From NCBI GenBank assembly GCA_023334545.1, contig JAADVB010000001.1, forward strand, positions 62,001 to 126,000: a DNA stretch of 64,000 nt, given 5' to 3'. This document shows, piece after piece, positions 48,377 through 60,494 of this stretch. A program made the translations under genes and the position numbers. The notes beneath the pieces were generated by a model. The model was not told the DNA's origin and ran no database searches. It saw only the letters and a list, made by a program, of their open reading frames with translations. This DNA comes from Salisapilia sapeloensis CBS 127946. Lineage: Eukaryota; Protista; Oomycota. Numbering within the stretch: the stretch's first letter is position 1; each line of letters starts with the position of its first letter.

Positions 48377-49336
48377 ATGGGAGAATCAACTTGGATCCAT
48401 CGCACCACTCTGTTGATCTGGATATCCGTTCATACGTTGACCGGTAACGTGTATGGGGCGGCTACGAGAAATCTTGGGAACTTTACGGATGTAGGCGTTG
48501 TGACTGGAACATCGATTAACTCGTCGCCTGAAGAAGAGAATCGCATCGTCAGGGGCGTGGACGCTGATCTCATGGAAGAGGTGCCATATATAGTCGGCTT
48601 AAGGCAAACAAGAGATGGCCGAAATTACTGTGGAGGAGTATTACTTTCTAAGAAGCTTGTGCTGACAGCGCAACACTGCACTTATAATGATCGCGAAGAT
48701 GACTTCGGCAAAATGCACCCTGGTGAAGCTATAGAAACTATATATGTATCCATTGGATCGGCGGCGCTCGAAGGCGAAGATAACGGGGAACAGATCAAAG
48801 TCATCCAATTGCACCGACATCCTCATAACAATCGCTTTGAAAAGCTTTATAATGTTGTCGTGCTTGAACTTGAACGGGATGTCAGCGATACTTATCAACA
48901 TTTTGCAGATATTCGAGTACAGGGAAAGTTTCCGGATGAAAGCCTGCTGCCTATATCCAAGACAGCTACTGTGTATGGTTGGGGAGAGCTTGATCAGCAT
49001 TGGGACTTGAATGATAATGCGCGTTCAGTGTTAAGACTCCCGATTAGGCTTCAAAAAGCAAAGCTGAAGTTGATGGACAAAAAGGCATGTCAGAAATACC
49101 ATAGATATACAATTCAGGCGTGGATGATATGTGCCGGACGTGGTGCCGAACATAACTTTCACCGACCAACAGCAGAGCCTTGTCTACGTGACTCTGGCTC
49201 ACCTCTTGTCCGCAATAAGCAAGTGATTGGAATCATGTCGTCAGGGAGGAAGGGATCCTGTGGCTATAGTCCTGCCGTTTTCACCCGTATGACGACCGTC
49301 CAGCGATGGGTAGAAAGCGTTGTTGAGTCGGTGTAG
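48377..49336 (+). CDS. Secreted S1 protease paralog with degenerate catalytic machinery (putative pseudoprotease)
   Basis: R|IVRG; YCGGVLLS..VLTAQHC (His57 kept); YNVVVLEL (Asp102->Asn, AAT at 48851-48853); CLRDSGSPL (Gly193->Arg, CGT at 49187-49189; Ser195 kept). Confidence 0.9.
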   Translation: MGESTWIHRTTLLIWISVHTLTGNVYGAATRNLGNFTDVGVVTGTSINSSPEEENRIVRGVDADLMEEVPYIVGLRQTRDGRNYCGGVLLSKKLVLTAQHCTYNDREDDFGKMHPGEAIETIYVSIGSAALEGEDNGEQIKVIQLHRHPHNNRFEKLYNVVVLELERDVSDTYQHFADIRVQGKFPDESLLPISKTATVYGWGELDQHWDLNDNARSVLRLPIRLQKAKLKLMDKKACQKYHRYTIQAWMICAGRGAEHNFHRPTAEPCLRDSGSPLVRNKQVIGIMSSGRKGSCGYSPAVFTRMTTVQRWVESVVESV

Positions 49337-49841
49337 CAAAAGTCCGGTTAATGGATCATCTTTGCTAGTTAGCCGCTGTCCTTTCGAAATGAAAGACAGC
49401 TTTAATGGTAATCTCAAAAACTGCAAATCCGAAGCAACAATCTTTGCTTTACTACACATTTATTACGAAGTAGACAAATTCAAATGGTCTATTACTTGAC
49501 TTGAAAGATAAACGTAGCTGCAATTGAAAACTACGGTCTCCTACGTAAATGCTCTGTCCAGATAACCAAACAAATGCATGGGCTTCCAGCTTCGAACCAT
49601 CGGCCCAAAATACAGGATATATAAGCCGTATTACTTCGTAGCTTCATATGAGGCTTGTGACCTTCCTACTGTGATACTGTGGAGTACCAAAGTACGTCCA
49701 GACAGCAACACGATTGCTAGCTGATCGTTCCCCATTAAAAGATCCAAAAGGTACGCCTTCTAAAGATCCACCCGATCTACTTCCACGTGGACCATACAAA
49801 TTCTAAGATAGCGTCATTTTCTGACAAGACTCGAGCATATC

Positions 49842-50960
49842 ATGTGGAAGCTTCTGAGCTCGTTGGCGCTGGCGGTCGTCGGCGCATCCGCGGCCGAATC
49901 TGGCGCGATGGAACTGACTCCAAGTAATTTCGACACTGTCGTCGACGGTTCAAACCACGTTTTTGTCAAATTCTACGCACCATGGTGTGGTCACTGTAAG
50001 AACCTGGCGCCGACTTGGGACGCTTTGGGCTCTGCCTTTAACAAGATCGATGACGTCGTCGTGGCCAAGGTTGATGCTGATGGCAACCGCGACTTGGGCC
50101 AACGCTTTGACGTGAAGGGGTTCCCGACGCTTATGTACTTCCCGAAAGGATCGACGGAAGCAGAGAAATACGAGAGTGGACGCACGGAAGAAGCTCTTCT
50201 ATCGTTCTTGAACGAAAAGGCTGGCACGAACGTCCACATCCCGAAACCTCCGAGCAACGTCGTGACGCTCACGTCCAATAACTTTGAAGATGAGATCCTG
50301 AACTCGAAGAAACATGCACTCGTCGAATTCTACGCGCCGTGGTGTGGTCACTGCAAGAATTTGGCACCAACGTACGAAGAAGTGGCCAACATCTTTGCCG
50401 GAGAAGGAGACGTTGTCGTTGCTAAAGTCGACGCAACTGCCGAACAAGAACTCGCGCAACAATACGGTACGTGAATAAGATGACAGTAGCTTTTGACAAG
50501 CATTAATCTCTTTCTAGGCGTATCTGGATACCCGACGCTCAAGTACTTTGCACCTGGATCTGCTGAACCGGAGGACTATGTCTTTGGTCGCGACAAGGAA
50601 TCATTTGTCGAGTTCTTGAACGAACAGGCCGGTACACACCGATCGGCGGAAGGCGGTCTGCTGCCAGAAGCTGGTCGAGTCGAAGCGCTGGACGCGATTC
50701 TGTCCAAGACGAGTGAAATCACGAACAGCGTCGTGGAGCAGGCGGAAGTGGTAGTCGACTCGATGGAAGGCACTGCGGCCAAGTATGGCAACTTGTACTT
50801 GAAAGCGATGCGCAAGGTCGCGGCCAAGGGTGCGGACTATATCGACAAGGAGATTGCTCGTCTCGGTCGTATGCTCGAAGATGACAATGTGAACCCGGAC
50901 AAGAAGACGTTGTTTGCGCTTCGTAAGAACATTCTAAACGCTTTCAAGTCGGAGCAGTAA
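49842..50960 (+). CDS. PDI: Protein disulfide isomerase, a-a'-D type (two thioredoxin domains + ERp29-like C-terminal domain); intron 50467-50517
   Basis: Signal peptide; two FYAPWCGHCK motifs; helical C-terminal YLKAMRKV...YIDKEIARLGRML...NIL domain. Confidence 0.95.
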
Positions 50961-51014
50961 GCAACCAATACAATGATTTGGACCTGCGCTTCTTGTTGTA
51001 TTTGTGTTAGGTAG

Positions 51015-54000
51015 CTAGACAGAGGCCATTTCCGCAAGGACGTTTCGTAGCTTGTCGGCAAAATTTTCGTAGTCGACCGTCACCCCTTTCTCCGCTGGGC
51101 AGCTCGGGACGCGAACGCCGCCACTTGCACTCTGTAGCTTGACCATGCGGTTCTACCCACCATGAAATTCATAAATATATAATGATATAAATAAGAAAAA
51201 GTAGAGAAAGAGACTACCTCGAGGAAATAAATATCTACAGCCGAACGATCCGCATACGAGAGCCGCACGTGGGTTTGCGATCTCGGGATGAGCACTAATT
51301 CTGCCGGGACAAAAGACTTGTCGTCACGCCCGTACGATTTCTCCGAGTAATACTCGCTCTCTTCTCCTGGAAGCTTCACCTTGTATCCGAGCTTCATGCC
51401 TTTACCTCCCTTGCCGCCACTCTTCTTCGGTCCAGACGTCTCCTTCTGTGCCACAGGCTGACGATAGTACTTGACGCACAAAAGCTGCGACTCCACGACA
51501 CTCGACAGGATACCGAGTGGAATGCACGTTCGTTCTAGCGCCTCCAGCAGCTGCGCCGGGTCGCTATGTCCGTTCAAAGCAGACTGGATAAAGTGCATCA
51601 ACGGGTGCTCGGCTTCGTGACTATAGTTGACGACAAATCCCATCTTTTGCTTTTGTTTCTGCTTAAACTGGATCGCCACGCGGTACGTCACACTTCCATC
51701 CGCCGACGCACCAGCAGCCAGTCGCTGACGGGGATTCCTCGTCTTGGCAGCTAACACGATAGCGAACGGGTCCGACCGCTCCACATAAAAGTGCCCGTCC
51801 TCTTTCATGTCATTCGTGTACCTCCCGACTTTTGTCAACATCCTCTCCAGCTTAACGCCTAGCTCACACAACGGTTGGACGGCACACACAAGTTCTACCA
51901 TGAACATCTCCAACGGATTCTCATGCAACAACCCGTTCATCACGGCCGTGGAAGAGTATCTAAACACGAGCTGACCTTTGTCATTGACAAAGTGGTCTTG
52001 ATCCCATAGGTAGCAAGCTGGTGCGTCCTTTGGTCGGATGAACGTGAATGGTGGAGAACGGAGATGAAGCACCAGTTCAACGCCGTAGCCTGGCTGGAGA
52101 TGACCGAGGATCGCTCCGACTTGAAGAGGTTCTACATCCACCTTGTCCGGGAACGACAGCGTAACGACTTGGTTGCCAGTTCCACGTCGATCACGCGTAC
52201 CTGCTTCGCCACTGTACTGGATCTTACACTTACGCCTTCGAGCAAAGTTGACAAAGTGTTGGAGCTGTACGCGTTCACGACACATGTTGATGACATGCAA
52301 GAGTACCGACGCGACGTGTGGCTTGCCACCATCCGAGCCTTCCAACGGACGCTTGCGACCAATGTGCTGACACAAGAGAGCTGGATGGACGTCTGCTTGT
52401 CGGATCGCAGGAAACTTCTGGACGAACTGGACACCTGCAGGCTGACCACTGACGCTGATGGACGACAGGAGGAGGGAGAAACACGGCAAGCGAATAAAGT
52501 CGAGATCGGCATTCTTAAGTTTCGCCGAAGCACCTTCCACTTCTGCGTGTCTGTCGGTCTCAATGACGAGGTAACAAGTGCTTTCTTTTGACGTTTTCAA
52601 TTGGAAGAAGAGAGCCGAGTCAGAGATCGTTAAGTCTTCCGTCTGACCGCCATGATCCTTTCGGAACGCAACGTATCGATCCCAATTCAGAGATACGTTC
52701 CGCAACACATCTACACCTTGCATCGCCATGCCAACCTGTGCAATCTCAAACGCCACGACCTCACACAATGCTTTCCGGACACTCGTATGAACTGCTTCTA
52801 AGCCACGGTTACTATCACTAGGCACCAATTCTAACGGTGGCAACGCCTTTGTGCGTTCCTGTCTATGCGATCGACCTGTCAATGCGATTTTACACGTCGT
52901 CTCGAGCGCTCGTTCCAGCTGCTGGACAGAAGTGGATAGAGCTGGACTCTTGGAAGCAGCAGCACAAGACGCCGTAAACTTCCCGCTACGTACATCAAAC
53001 CCAATGTCGAGACTTTCTTGCAAACCACCAATGTCTGCCCTCGAGACCTTGAGATTTGTATTGGAGAACTCTACCTCGACACTTTCACCCGATACAAGTC
53101 GAGACGAGATCGGGTGCGGCTGAGGCGAGTCGACAAAGAGCATGCGACCTAGACAGAATAAGGTGGCTGCGGCATGCGCACGCATGGCAGACAACAGCAA
53201 GTTCTCGCAACTCAGGAGGAACATATTGGACGGGACACTCAGCATGTCCATCACTTGCGCCTTATTCGGCAAGTTGGGCGGCAAGGATGGCTGTAGTGTG
53301 ACGGCCAAGAGTTTCTTCTTGGACGGATCCACATTCAATCGAACGCATAAACTACTTTCTGGGAACGGTGGCGTGTCACTGGAAGGAGCTTCGCTTTTCA
53401 GACATGCATTCGGCCAGTAGCATAGATCCACGACATTCGCTTCTCGATGGTGCTTGACGAGAAGACGATTCTTCCATCGACCGTCCATGAGCAATTTTCC
53501 TTGTGCACTCACAATCTGTAGAGCTAGTGCCGAGCAAAAGTCTCTCATGACATGAACAGCATCAACGAACGGCTCGTCCGAATGGCTCATCGTCCGCTGT
53601 ACCAAGTTTCGCAAATGCGTACAGTGAGCAGTGGATGGTGCATTCGCCTTGATGATACGTAGAGCACTCGTCGAAGCACTGCTAGCATGCTTCGCAAAGG
53701 CATTGGCGTCCGTAAGAGCTGTTTTCACACTCACCACACGCCACGGTGCGTCTCTCTCTTTCCCTTGCAACGTCAATACGATCGAAAACTCGCCTTCCGC
53801 TTCACACGTGACAAAACCATTGCCATCCAGCTCGACAGACGTAAGCTGGGAAGGCAAGCGAGCTTCAATGAGTCGAAAGTGAATAAGGTCTTCCACCTCC
53901 TTGGCCGCTGCAGCCGTGTCCACCGCCGGTAATTCGCGTGGATATAATGCTTGATGGGCTATACGTGGAAAACGAAGGTATGTCCCGGAGAACAAAACGT

Positions 54001-54361
54001 CGACAGCCGTGGACACGTCATACCGGCGCTCTTTGGCGCGATTTAAGTCTGCATGTAAGAAGAAGAGGCGATCGTTGGTTTCATTTGTCTGATTGCGGAA
54101 GCCTTCTGCATGCTGTTTCAAGCTCTCGCACCGCTTGAGCAGTGGCGACTGGGCAGACCACTTGACGACAGCTAAAAGATGTGCGAAGCGTTGACGCGCC
54201 GCTCGAAGCTGTTGCAAAAGTGGTTCCGGTCGATCCTGCTCTGGCAAGGACGGTAGGCTATGCACCACCGATCGCAAGTCTTCATAACTTTTATCAACAG
54301 CTCGGTGCAAGAGTTCCGAAGCAGGTACATTCGTACGTGCGGGTGGCGGGAAGTCCGCCAT
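51015..54361 (-). CDS. MED14: Mediator subunit 14 (intron 51217-51153)
   Basis: N-terminal RQRFAHLLAVVKWS...LFFLHADLNRAKERRYDVSTAVDVLFSGTYLRFP fits the MED14/Rgr1 N-terminal domain. Confidence 0.85.
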
Positions 54362-54715
54362 GCGATCTCTTTTCGATTCTTTTTTCTTTCGCTCTTCCAC
54401 GAGGTCTTTTGATCTAAGAGATGCAAAGGACCACTACTTCTACACTAGCGCTTGACTAAAGGAGACAAGGGAAGGGAAGAGACTGCGTCTAGTACACTCG
54501 ACGGACACAACTGCCAAAAGCGCTTGTGGAGGCCACAAGCATTTACGAAAATGACCGCAGCCTTCCAGTTCCACCGATCGACGCGTCCCGTTTTGGTAGC
54601 AACATTACGTCAATTCGTTCCGTACTATGAAGAAGTATAATATAACGAGACAAATAAGATCGGAAGCAAGACAGCGCAAGATGGAAATGGAGATACGCAG
54701 AAGCTATTTCGTTCT

Positions 54716-55924
54716 TTACTTGAAGACCTTGGAGTCCATAATCGGGCGGCCTTCGAGCTCCTCTTCGTTCGTCCAGTAGGCTTCAATGCGGGCCTTGTTC
54801 TCATCCGAAAAGTCCGTCACACGCGTCCACGTGTAGTACTCGGCGTCCGGGTTGGCGTCGATCATGTGCTTTTCAGAGTCACCACGGAAGAGCCAGCAAC
54901 CGGTGATAATAATCTCTTCCTTCTCCTTGCCACACACGTCCATGACACCGAAAGCGTACTTGCGCACTTCTTCCGAACGCTGGAGGAAACCAGTCACGGC
55001 GTTGCTGACCATGAACGCCATCTTGTTCTCTTCGTTGTAGTTGTAGTCGCAGAACCAGACAGAGTAACCTTCCTGGTCCAAGTTCTCCCAGAACCACTTC
55101 ATGGCGTCAGCACCAGAGTTGTTACTGTACTGGACCTTCCACGAATCCATCGGCATGGAGGACGGCTTCTCACGGTTGAGGACAGCAAGCGGGTGCTCCT
55201 GCTTCTTCGGCTTGGGAGCCTCCTCAGCAGGCTTCTCCTTCTTCTCCTTCTTAGCAGCCTGCTTCTTGTTGCCGCTCTCGTCACCAGGGGCCTTGGTGGC
55301 CTTGTCACAGAGCGGAACGTCGCCCATGATCATCTGGAACTCTGGCTGGGCAACACACGTGGTGAACCAACGCGTGACGTTCGAGTACGGCTTACGGAAG
55401 TCCTTGTCGAGGAGCATCTTGAACGGGTAGAGGAGCGTGCAGCAGAGGATAATGTCCGCAAGCGTAATGTCTTCGCCAACAACGAACGTGCGGAGACGGA
55501 GGTGGTTGTCAAGGACCTGGAGAGCAGACTTGATGTCATTTCTGGCCTTCTCATCAACCTCGGCGTTGAAAGGCATGATGCCGATCACCGGGTAGAAGAT
55601 GAGACCGCACGGCGTCTCGAGGTTGTTGGTGGAGAAATCGCACCAAGCATCGACCTGGGCAGAGTCGAAGAACGTCTTGCCGTGGAGGCCGACGTCCGGG
55701 CGAAGGCGGGCGACGTAACGAGCAATGGCGTTGCTCTCGAAGATGCATCCTTCCTCGGTCTCGAGCATCGGGACCTTGGCAGTCGGGCACTTGGACTTGA
55801 ACGACTTGCTCTTGAGGTCCTTTTCCATATCGAACTCTGGGAGTTCGATGGGGACACCGACGTATTCGGCAGCCACGAGGGTCTTCATGGCGCGAGGGTT
55901 ACCAGGGTACGTGTAGAGCTTCAT
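54716..55924 (-). CDS. EEF1G: Elongation factor 1B gamma
   Basis: GST-like N-terminus (KVPMLETEEGCIFESNAIARYVA), linker KPKKQEHPL, C-terminal MDSWKVQYSN...FWENLDQEGYSVW; strong C/G-ending codon bias. Confidence 0.96.
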   Translation of the reverse strand: MKLYTYPGNPRAMKTLVAAEYVGVPIELPEFDMEKDLKSKSFKSKCPTAKVPMLETEEGCIFESNAIARYVARLRPDVGLHGKTFFDSAQVDAWCDFSTNNLETPCGLIFYPVIGIMPFNAEVDEKARNDIKSALQVLDNHLRLRTFVVGEDITLADIILCCTLLYPFKMLLDKDFRKPYSNVTRWFTTCVAQPEFQMIMGDVPLCDKATKAPGDESGNKKQAAKKEKKEKPAEEAPKPKKQEHPLAVLNREKPSSMPMDSWKVQYSNNSGADAMKWFWENLDQEGYSVWFCDYNYNEENKMAFMVSNAVTGFLQRSEEVRKYAFGVMDVCGKEKEEIIITGCWLFRGDSEKHMIDANPDAEYYTWTRVTDFSDENKARIEAYWTNEEELEGRPIMDSKVFK

Positions 55925-56230
55925 GATATACGTATCTACTTATTCGAAATAGCGGAAATGGACGAATGGATCGGTAAATCGACTGGAGGTTGAGTTCATC
56001 GATTTTTCCCCAATGATCGTGGTGGAAAATGATTTTTAACAAATAAAGTACAAACGATCGGACTACACTTTGTGTTTGTATGTTATGGATGATAGAGCTG
56101 GTTTCTTGTATTCTCGCTCGTGTAAACAGGACACGACCTTTTTTCGATTGCTGCTGCATTTGTCCGAGTACTGGCGTGCTATTGCTCTTCCTTCCGCTGC
56201 GAGTACAAGTCAGGTGCTTCGCCACCGTGA

Positions 56231-59200
56231 ATGAATCCAAACCACAACTCACGACCTCTCCCTGACGGCACGGTGCCGCCACAACCGCCGTCGAGCAGAC
56301 CGACAAGAGGGCATAATCCGAGCAGTTATCGAAGGCCTCCTGTTTTTTTGAACGAAAGCAACTCGCTCGGTATTCGAGGTGATTCTATCCAGCACACGTC
56401 GAATACGCGCCCACAACGTAGCAACGTGGATTGGCCATCGAGCAGCGGAAACGCATACGCACCGTACTCGTACGAACCATCATCCAACTCTTCATCGCAG
56501 CAGGGAAAGTCCCACTATAGCCCAAGCAATCAAGTGTCCTCCTATCCTGCACCGCACTCCAGAGAAAGGTATGTTGCTCATCACTGCATATTCGATAGTC
56601 TCACCACGCTGGTCGACGTACACATGCCGTTTCACTGAAACGCTAACATTCGACTTCGGCCAATCGGATTGGATTAAAATAAGTGTGGCGTTTCATGCAA
56701 AATTAAAATCGTCCAGCAGTGGGTGCACCTCATCCCGTACCTCGTATACTGACTCTTTGTCTTTTGATAGTGACGATTATCAGTACATGCAAACGCCGAT
56801 CGAGTCCAACAAGGCCCCGGCAGATTCTTTAACCATGCGGCATCTAGAAGAGAGCTCCGATGGAAGCTTCGACGATGGCACCTACCGACAGGACAGAGTG
56901 GGTCCACCGGAGGCACCGCAAGATGGCCTCGGCTGGTTCCACGCCAAGATTAAAGTCGACAACTCGATTCAATGGGCGAATAACTACAAGATCCAGGCGA
57001 TCATGTTCTCCGTGCTGATCATGGGTGCTGTTCTCGCGATTATATTTGCCGGGAACAGCTCTAAATCCTCCGTTGGTCTCTTGTGTGGAAGCATCATTAC
57101 GATCGTTTGCACCACATCCGTCATTTATACCTTCTTGACACGTCCTGCATGGCGGAAGCACCCGAACCCGATCATCTTCTTCCGTAGTATTTGCGATCTC
57201 TGCCTCGTCCTCGTCCTACTTATCACAGAGTTGTACCAGTGTGCTAATGGTAAGTGTGGTGTCGCACTAGATGGCGCCGCATGTTCCGTCGCGGCAGCCT
57301 TCACACAGTTGTTCCTATGGGCTTCCGAAAGTTGGTTCTTCGTCATGGCCATTGACATGCTCTCTTCTCTCCAAAGTCCGTTCACAGACTACCGTCGCAA
57401 CGTCCGTCGATACCACATCTTTGTCTGGTTCACAGCTATTGTGACGGTCATTCTCCTTGTGTCCATTCCGGACTTTGCCGGCACCTCTCAGTTCGGTTAC
57501 TGTTGGACGAACAGTACGAGTAAACTAGGCAACGATGACGATGAAAAGCCATTGCCGTACCAGATCAAGGAAGAAGATGACGACTCGAGCTTTTGGGACC
57601 TGAACTTCCAGTCCTGGGTACTCTTCTACATCTGGCTCATCCTCTTCTGGCTCTACGCCATCACGGTCATCTATCGTGCCTACCGTCGCGTACACTCGGG
57701 TATCTCAGAGACGCTGCGTATGCGTCTACGTGTACTACACTCCGTCACGTTGTACGTGATTGCAATCATCATCTACTGGGGCCTCACGTTCATGATCTAC
57801 GTGCCGTACATGATCATTGAGGAAGTTGATCGACCTAGCTGGGTCAATCAGCTCATGCGTTTCATGATTACTTGCAAAGGGTACTTTGACTTTGTCGTCT
57901 GGTTCCAAATGAACGACTTCCAGGAAACTGCACCATCCGCCACTGCACCAAAAGAGAAGAAGGGCGATGTCGACGTCGATGTCGACTTGAGCCCACAAGT
58001 GAATCTCGCTCTGCGCTGTGAAGTGTTGTACTACACGACGACTGGTATCATCCAAGCCGTTCGTGATACGCAGCACCTACCTCCAGACGCCGCACAGCAA
58101 GAGCTCTATTTGCAACCTCAAGGCACGGAAGACAATCGCGGCTCTCTCGGTGTCGAGGAGTACATGATCCGGACGAAGCCCAAGGCTGCGTTAAACAAGG
58201 GGACGTTGTTCATTGACTACAACCCGCATACTTTCCAGACGATTCGAGAGCACTTTGGCATCGACACAGAGCAGTACATTGAAAGTCTGAGTCGAACGAC
58301 CAAGGAGCGATTGAGTGAAGGTGCCAGTGGTGCATTCATGTTCTTCTCGCTCGACCAGCAGTTAATCGTGAAGAGTATGAGTGAGGAAGAAGCCCATTTC
58401 CTTCGATCCATCGCCCAGGACTATGCGTCCTTCTTGATGACGAACCCAGACTCGCTTCTCACACGTTTCTATGGTTGTCATGCCATTCGTCTATATGGTA
58501 ACACGTTCTACTTTGTCGTGATGGCCAATCTCTTTAGCACCGATAAGGTCATCCACCGCAGGTATGATCTGAAGGGATCATGGGTCAATCGTAGCGCCAA
58601 TCATCCGTCCAAGGGCAAACGTGTCACCTGTCGGCATTGTAACGCCAAGTTCGTCTTTGGATCTAGTGATGCTGAAGGCTGTCGTGCACGTGTTGGCCGG
58701 CATGAACCGAATGTCGTGCTCAAGGATAATGACTTGACAGCTCGCGTTCGTCTCGATCCGAAGGCAGCTGAAGACCTGTATGACCAAGTGGCGAAGGATG
58801 CCAACTTCTTATCTAGAATGGGCATCATGGACTACTCTCTTTTGCTTGGTGTCCACAACGTCGAGTACATGGTAAATCCGGATTTGGAGGAAGAAGATGG
58901 CGCTGGTCCGATCGTTGACTCGAACGGACGAGAGAGGTATCCTGTGCCTGGTAACCAGAGCAACTTTACAGACGCGTCTCGACCGATCTTAGAACAGCAG
59001 AACTCGAATATCCAGCAGGGACTACCGAGATTAGCGACAGGAACCAAGCGTGCGAATACGGTCGTCGGTCCATCAATCTACTACTTTGGCATGATCGATA
59101 TCTTGCAGACGTGGAATATGGATAAAAAGTTGGAACGGTTCGCCAAGACGAGGTTCCTTGGAAAGGACCCCGATGGTCTGTCTGCGATGCCTCCTGCCGC

Positions 59201-59348
59201 ATACTGTGATCGGTTTAAACGGAAGATGGCAGAGATCCTTGGTGTCGCTGTGCAAGACGAGTACGCGGATCTGTTTTCAGTAGGACATTCGAACAGTGGT
59301 GGACACACGAATGGCTCGAGTGGTGAATTCCACCGGCGCTTAATATAG
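56231..59348 (+). CDS. GPCR-PIP kinase fusion (GK family): 7TM-like region + phosphatidylinositol phosphate kinase domain; intron 56569-56716 (alternative acceptors possible)
   Basis: Multiple TM helices (HPNPIIFFRSICDL..., ASESWFFVMAIDML), LRCEVLYYTTTGI = LR(x)9GI at 58011-58049, PIPK motifs SEGASGAFMFFS..., LLTRFYGCH, YDLKGSW, LKDND, IMDYSLLLGVH, MIDILQTW. Confidence 0.93.
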
Positions 59349-60494
59349 ACCGCTGGCGTCGGTATAACTGCTTTTCTAATTTCCCCTGTGACTAAGTAAG
59401 ACGTAGGACCGGTCGTTCTCTTCCATTTTTCCATTGTAGCTCGTTTTGAAAATGAATTTCAGCTGCTCCGTACTGCATTGTTACCACTGCGTTCAATATT
59501 CTTGTTTCAATTGGTGTTATACTTGTGTCGGATGCTATGAGTGTTGCCTGGTGTATGGATTGTTGCTTTCACACCGGTTCGATCGTGGTATTCACTTCGT
59601 GAGTACTTGGTTTATGAAGACTTGACTGCTTGCATTTGCATGCTGTATTTACGGTTATACAAGACTTTGTTCTCGACTTGTATGCGCTGGATATGATACT
59701 CTGGCACGTATAAAGAGACGAACAGTTGCATTTGGCTCCTCAAATTGATACAATATCGATACGGATACAAGTGAATAGCATGTGATATTCCTCCACGGCA
59801 TCATTTAAACTTTGTCTGACCATTGACATTCGGCTCTTCTTTGTAATACGCACAACATTAATAAAAATCATACACATGCGTCTTTGTCCTCCATATCAGT
59901 GTAGCAAGGAATAATCGACACAACTTGCTACATCCATCATAGCTTTTACGAGGGAACAAACTATGTAGAGCTTGGAAGCAGAAATTTTATTTGAAGCTAA
60001 TTAAGTCGGGGAGCTGGATAGTAAATCTGTTTCCTCCTCAATAGTACCGAGGCTCAGTGTCACCGAGATGCGATGATAGTTGCCTTGAAAGGCAATAAAC
60101 TTGCTCCTGGATCACTCTGCACTTTCTTTCATTGTAATTGCAAGCCGAGCAGCAATGAATCTGGGCAATTCCAAATGACAGACACTAAACAAAGGCTTCG
60201 ATCTCAAAGCAGAATGTACATATAGATCTTCAATCCAGGAAGAGGTAGTACACGCTCAGCAGTACATGTAGCTACCAGCTAGAGTCCGTATCAGCAATCA
60301 CCAGCACATCCTGGGCATCAAACTACTCTTCCAATGTATCTCATTCGTATTCAACTGTATTAAACGATAAGTATTGCACATCAATCTTGCCTTGTGCTAT
60401 CGGCACTGCACGATCGTTGGGTAACACCGAGTTTTAGATCGATGCTCGATTTCGTGCGAAAAGGTCTTTTTCGTATCGGTTCAATATCCTTTTT

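Noticed and set aside
46618-49336. RxLR or Crinkler translocation motifs in the secreted proteases
   Set aside because: No RxLR-dEER or LFLAK motif after the signal peptides; apoplastic/secreted role is more plausible.
51080-51217. ORF-track C-terminus of MED14 (VVSFSTFSYLYHYIFMNF...)
   Set aside because: Read-through of an AT-rich GT-AG intron (51217-51153); the spliced frame ends at 51015.
54866-55993. 375-aa plus-strand ORF antisense to EF1B-gamma (similar cases at 16401-17282, 25683-26444, 42473-42904)
   Set aside because: Typical shadow ORF produced by strong codon bias of the sense gene; no recognisable motifs.
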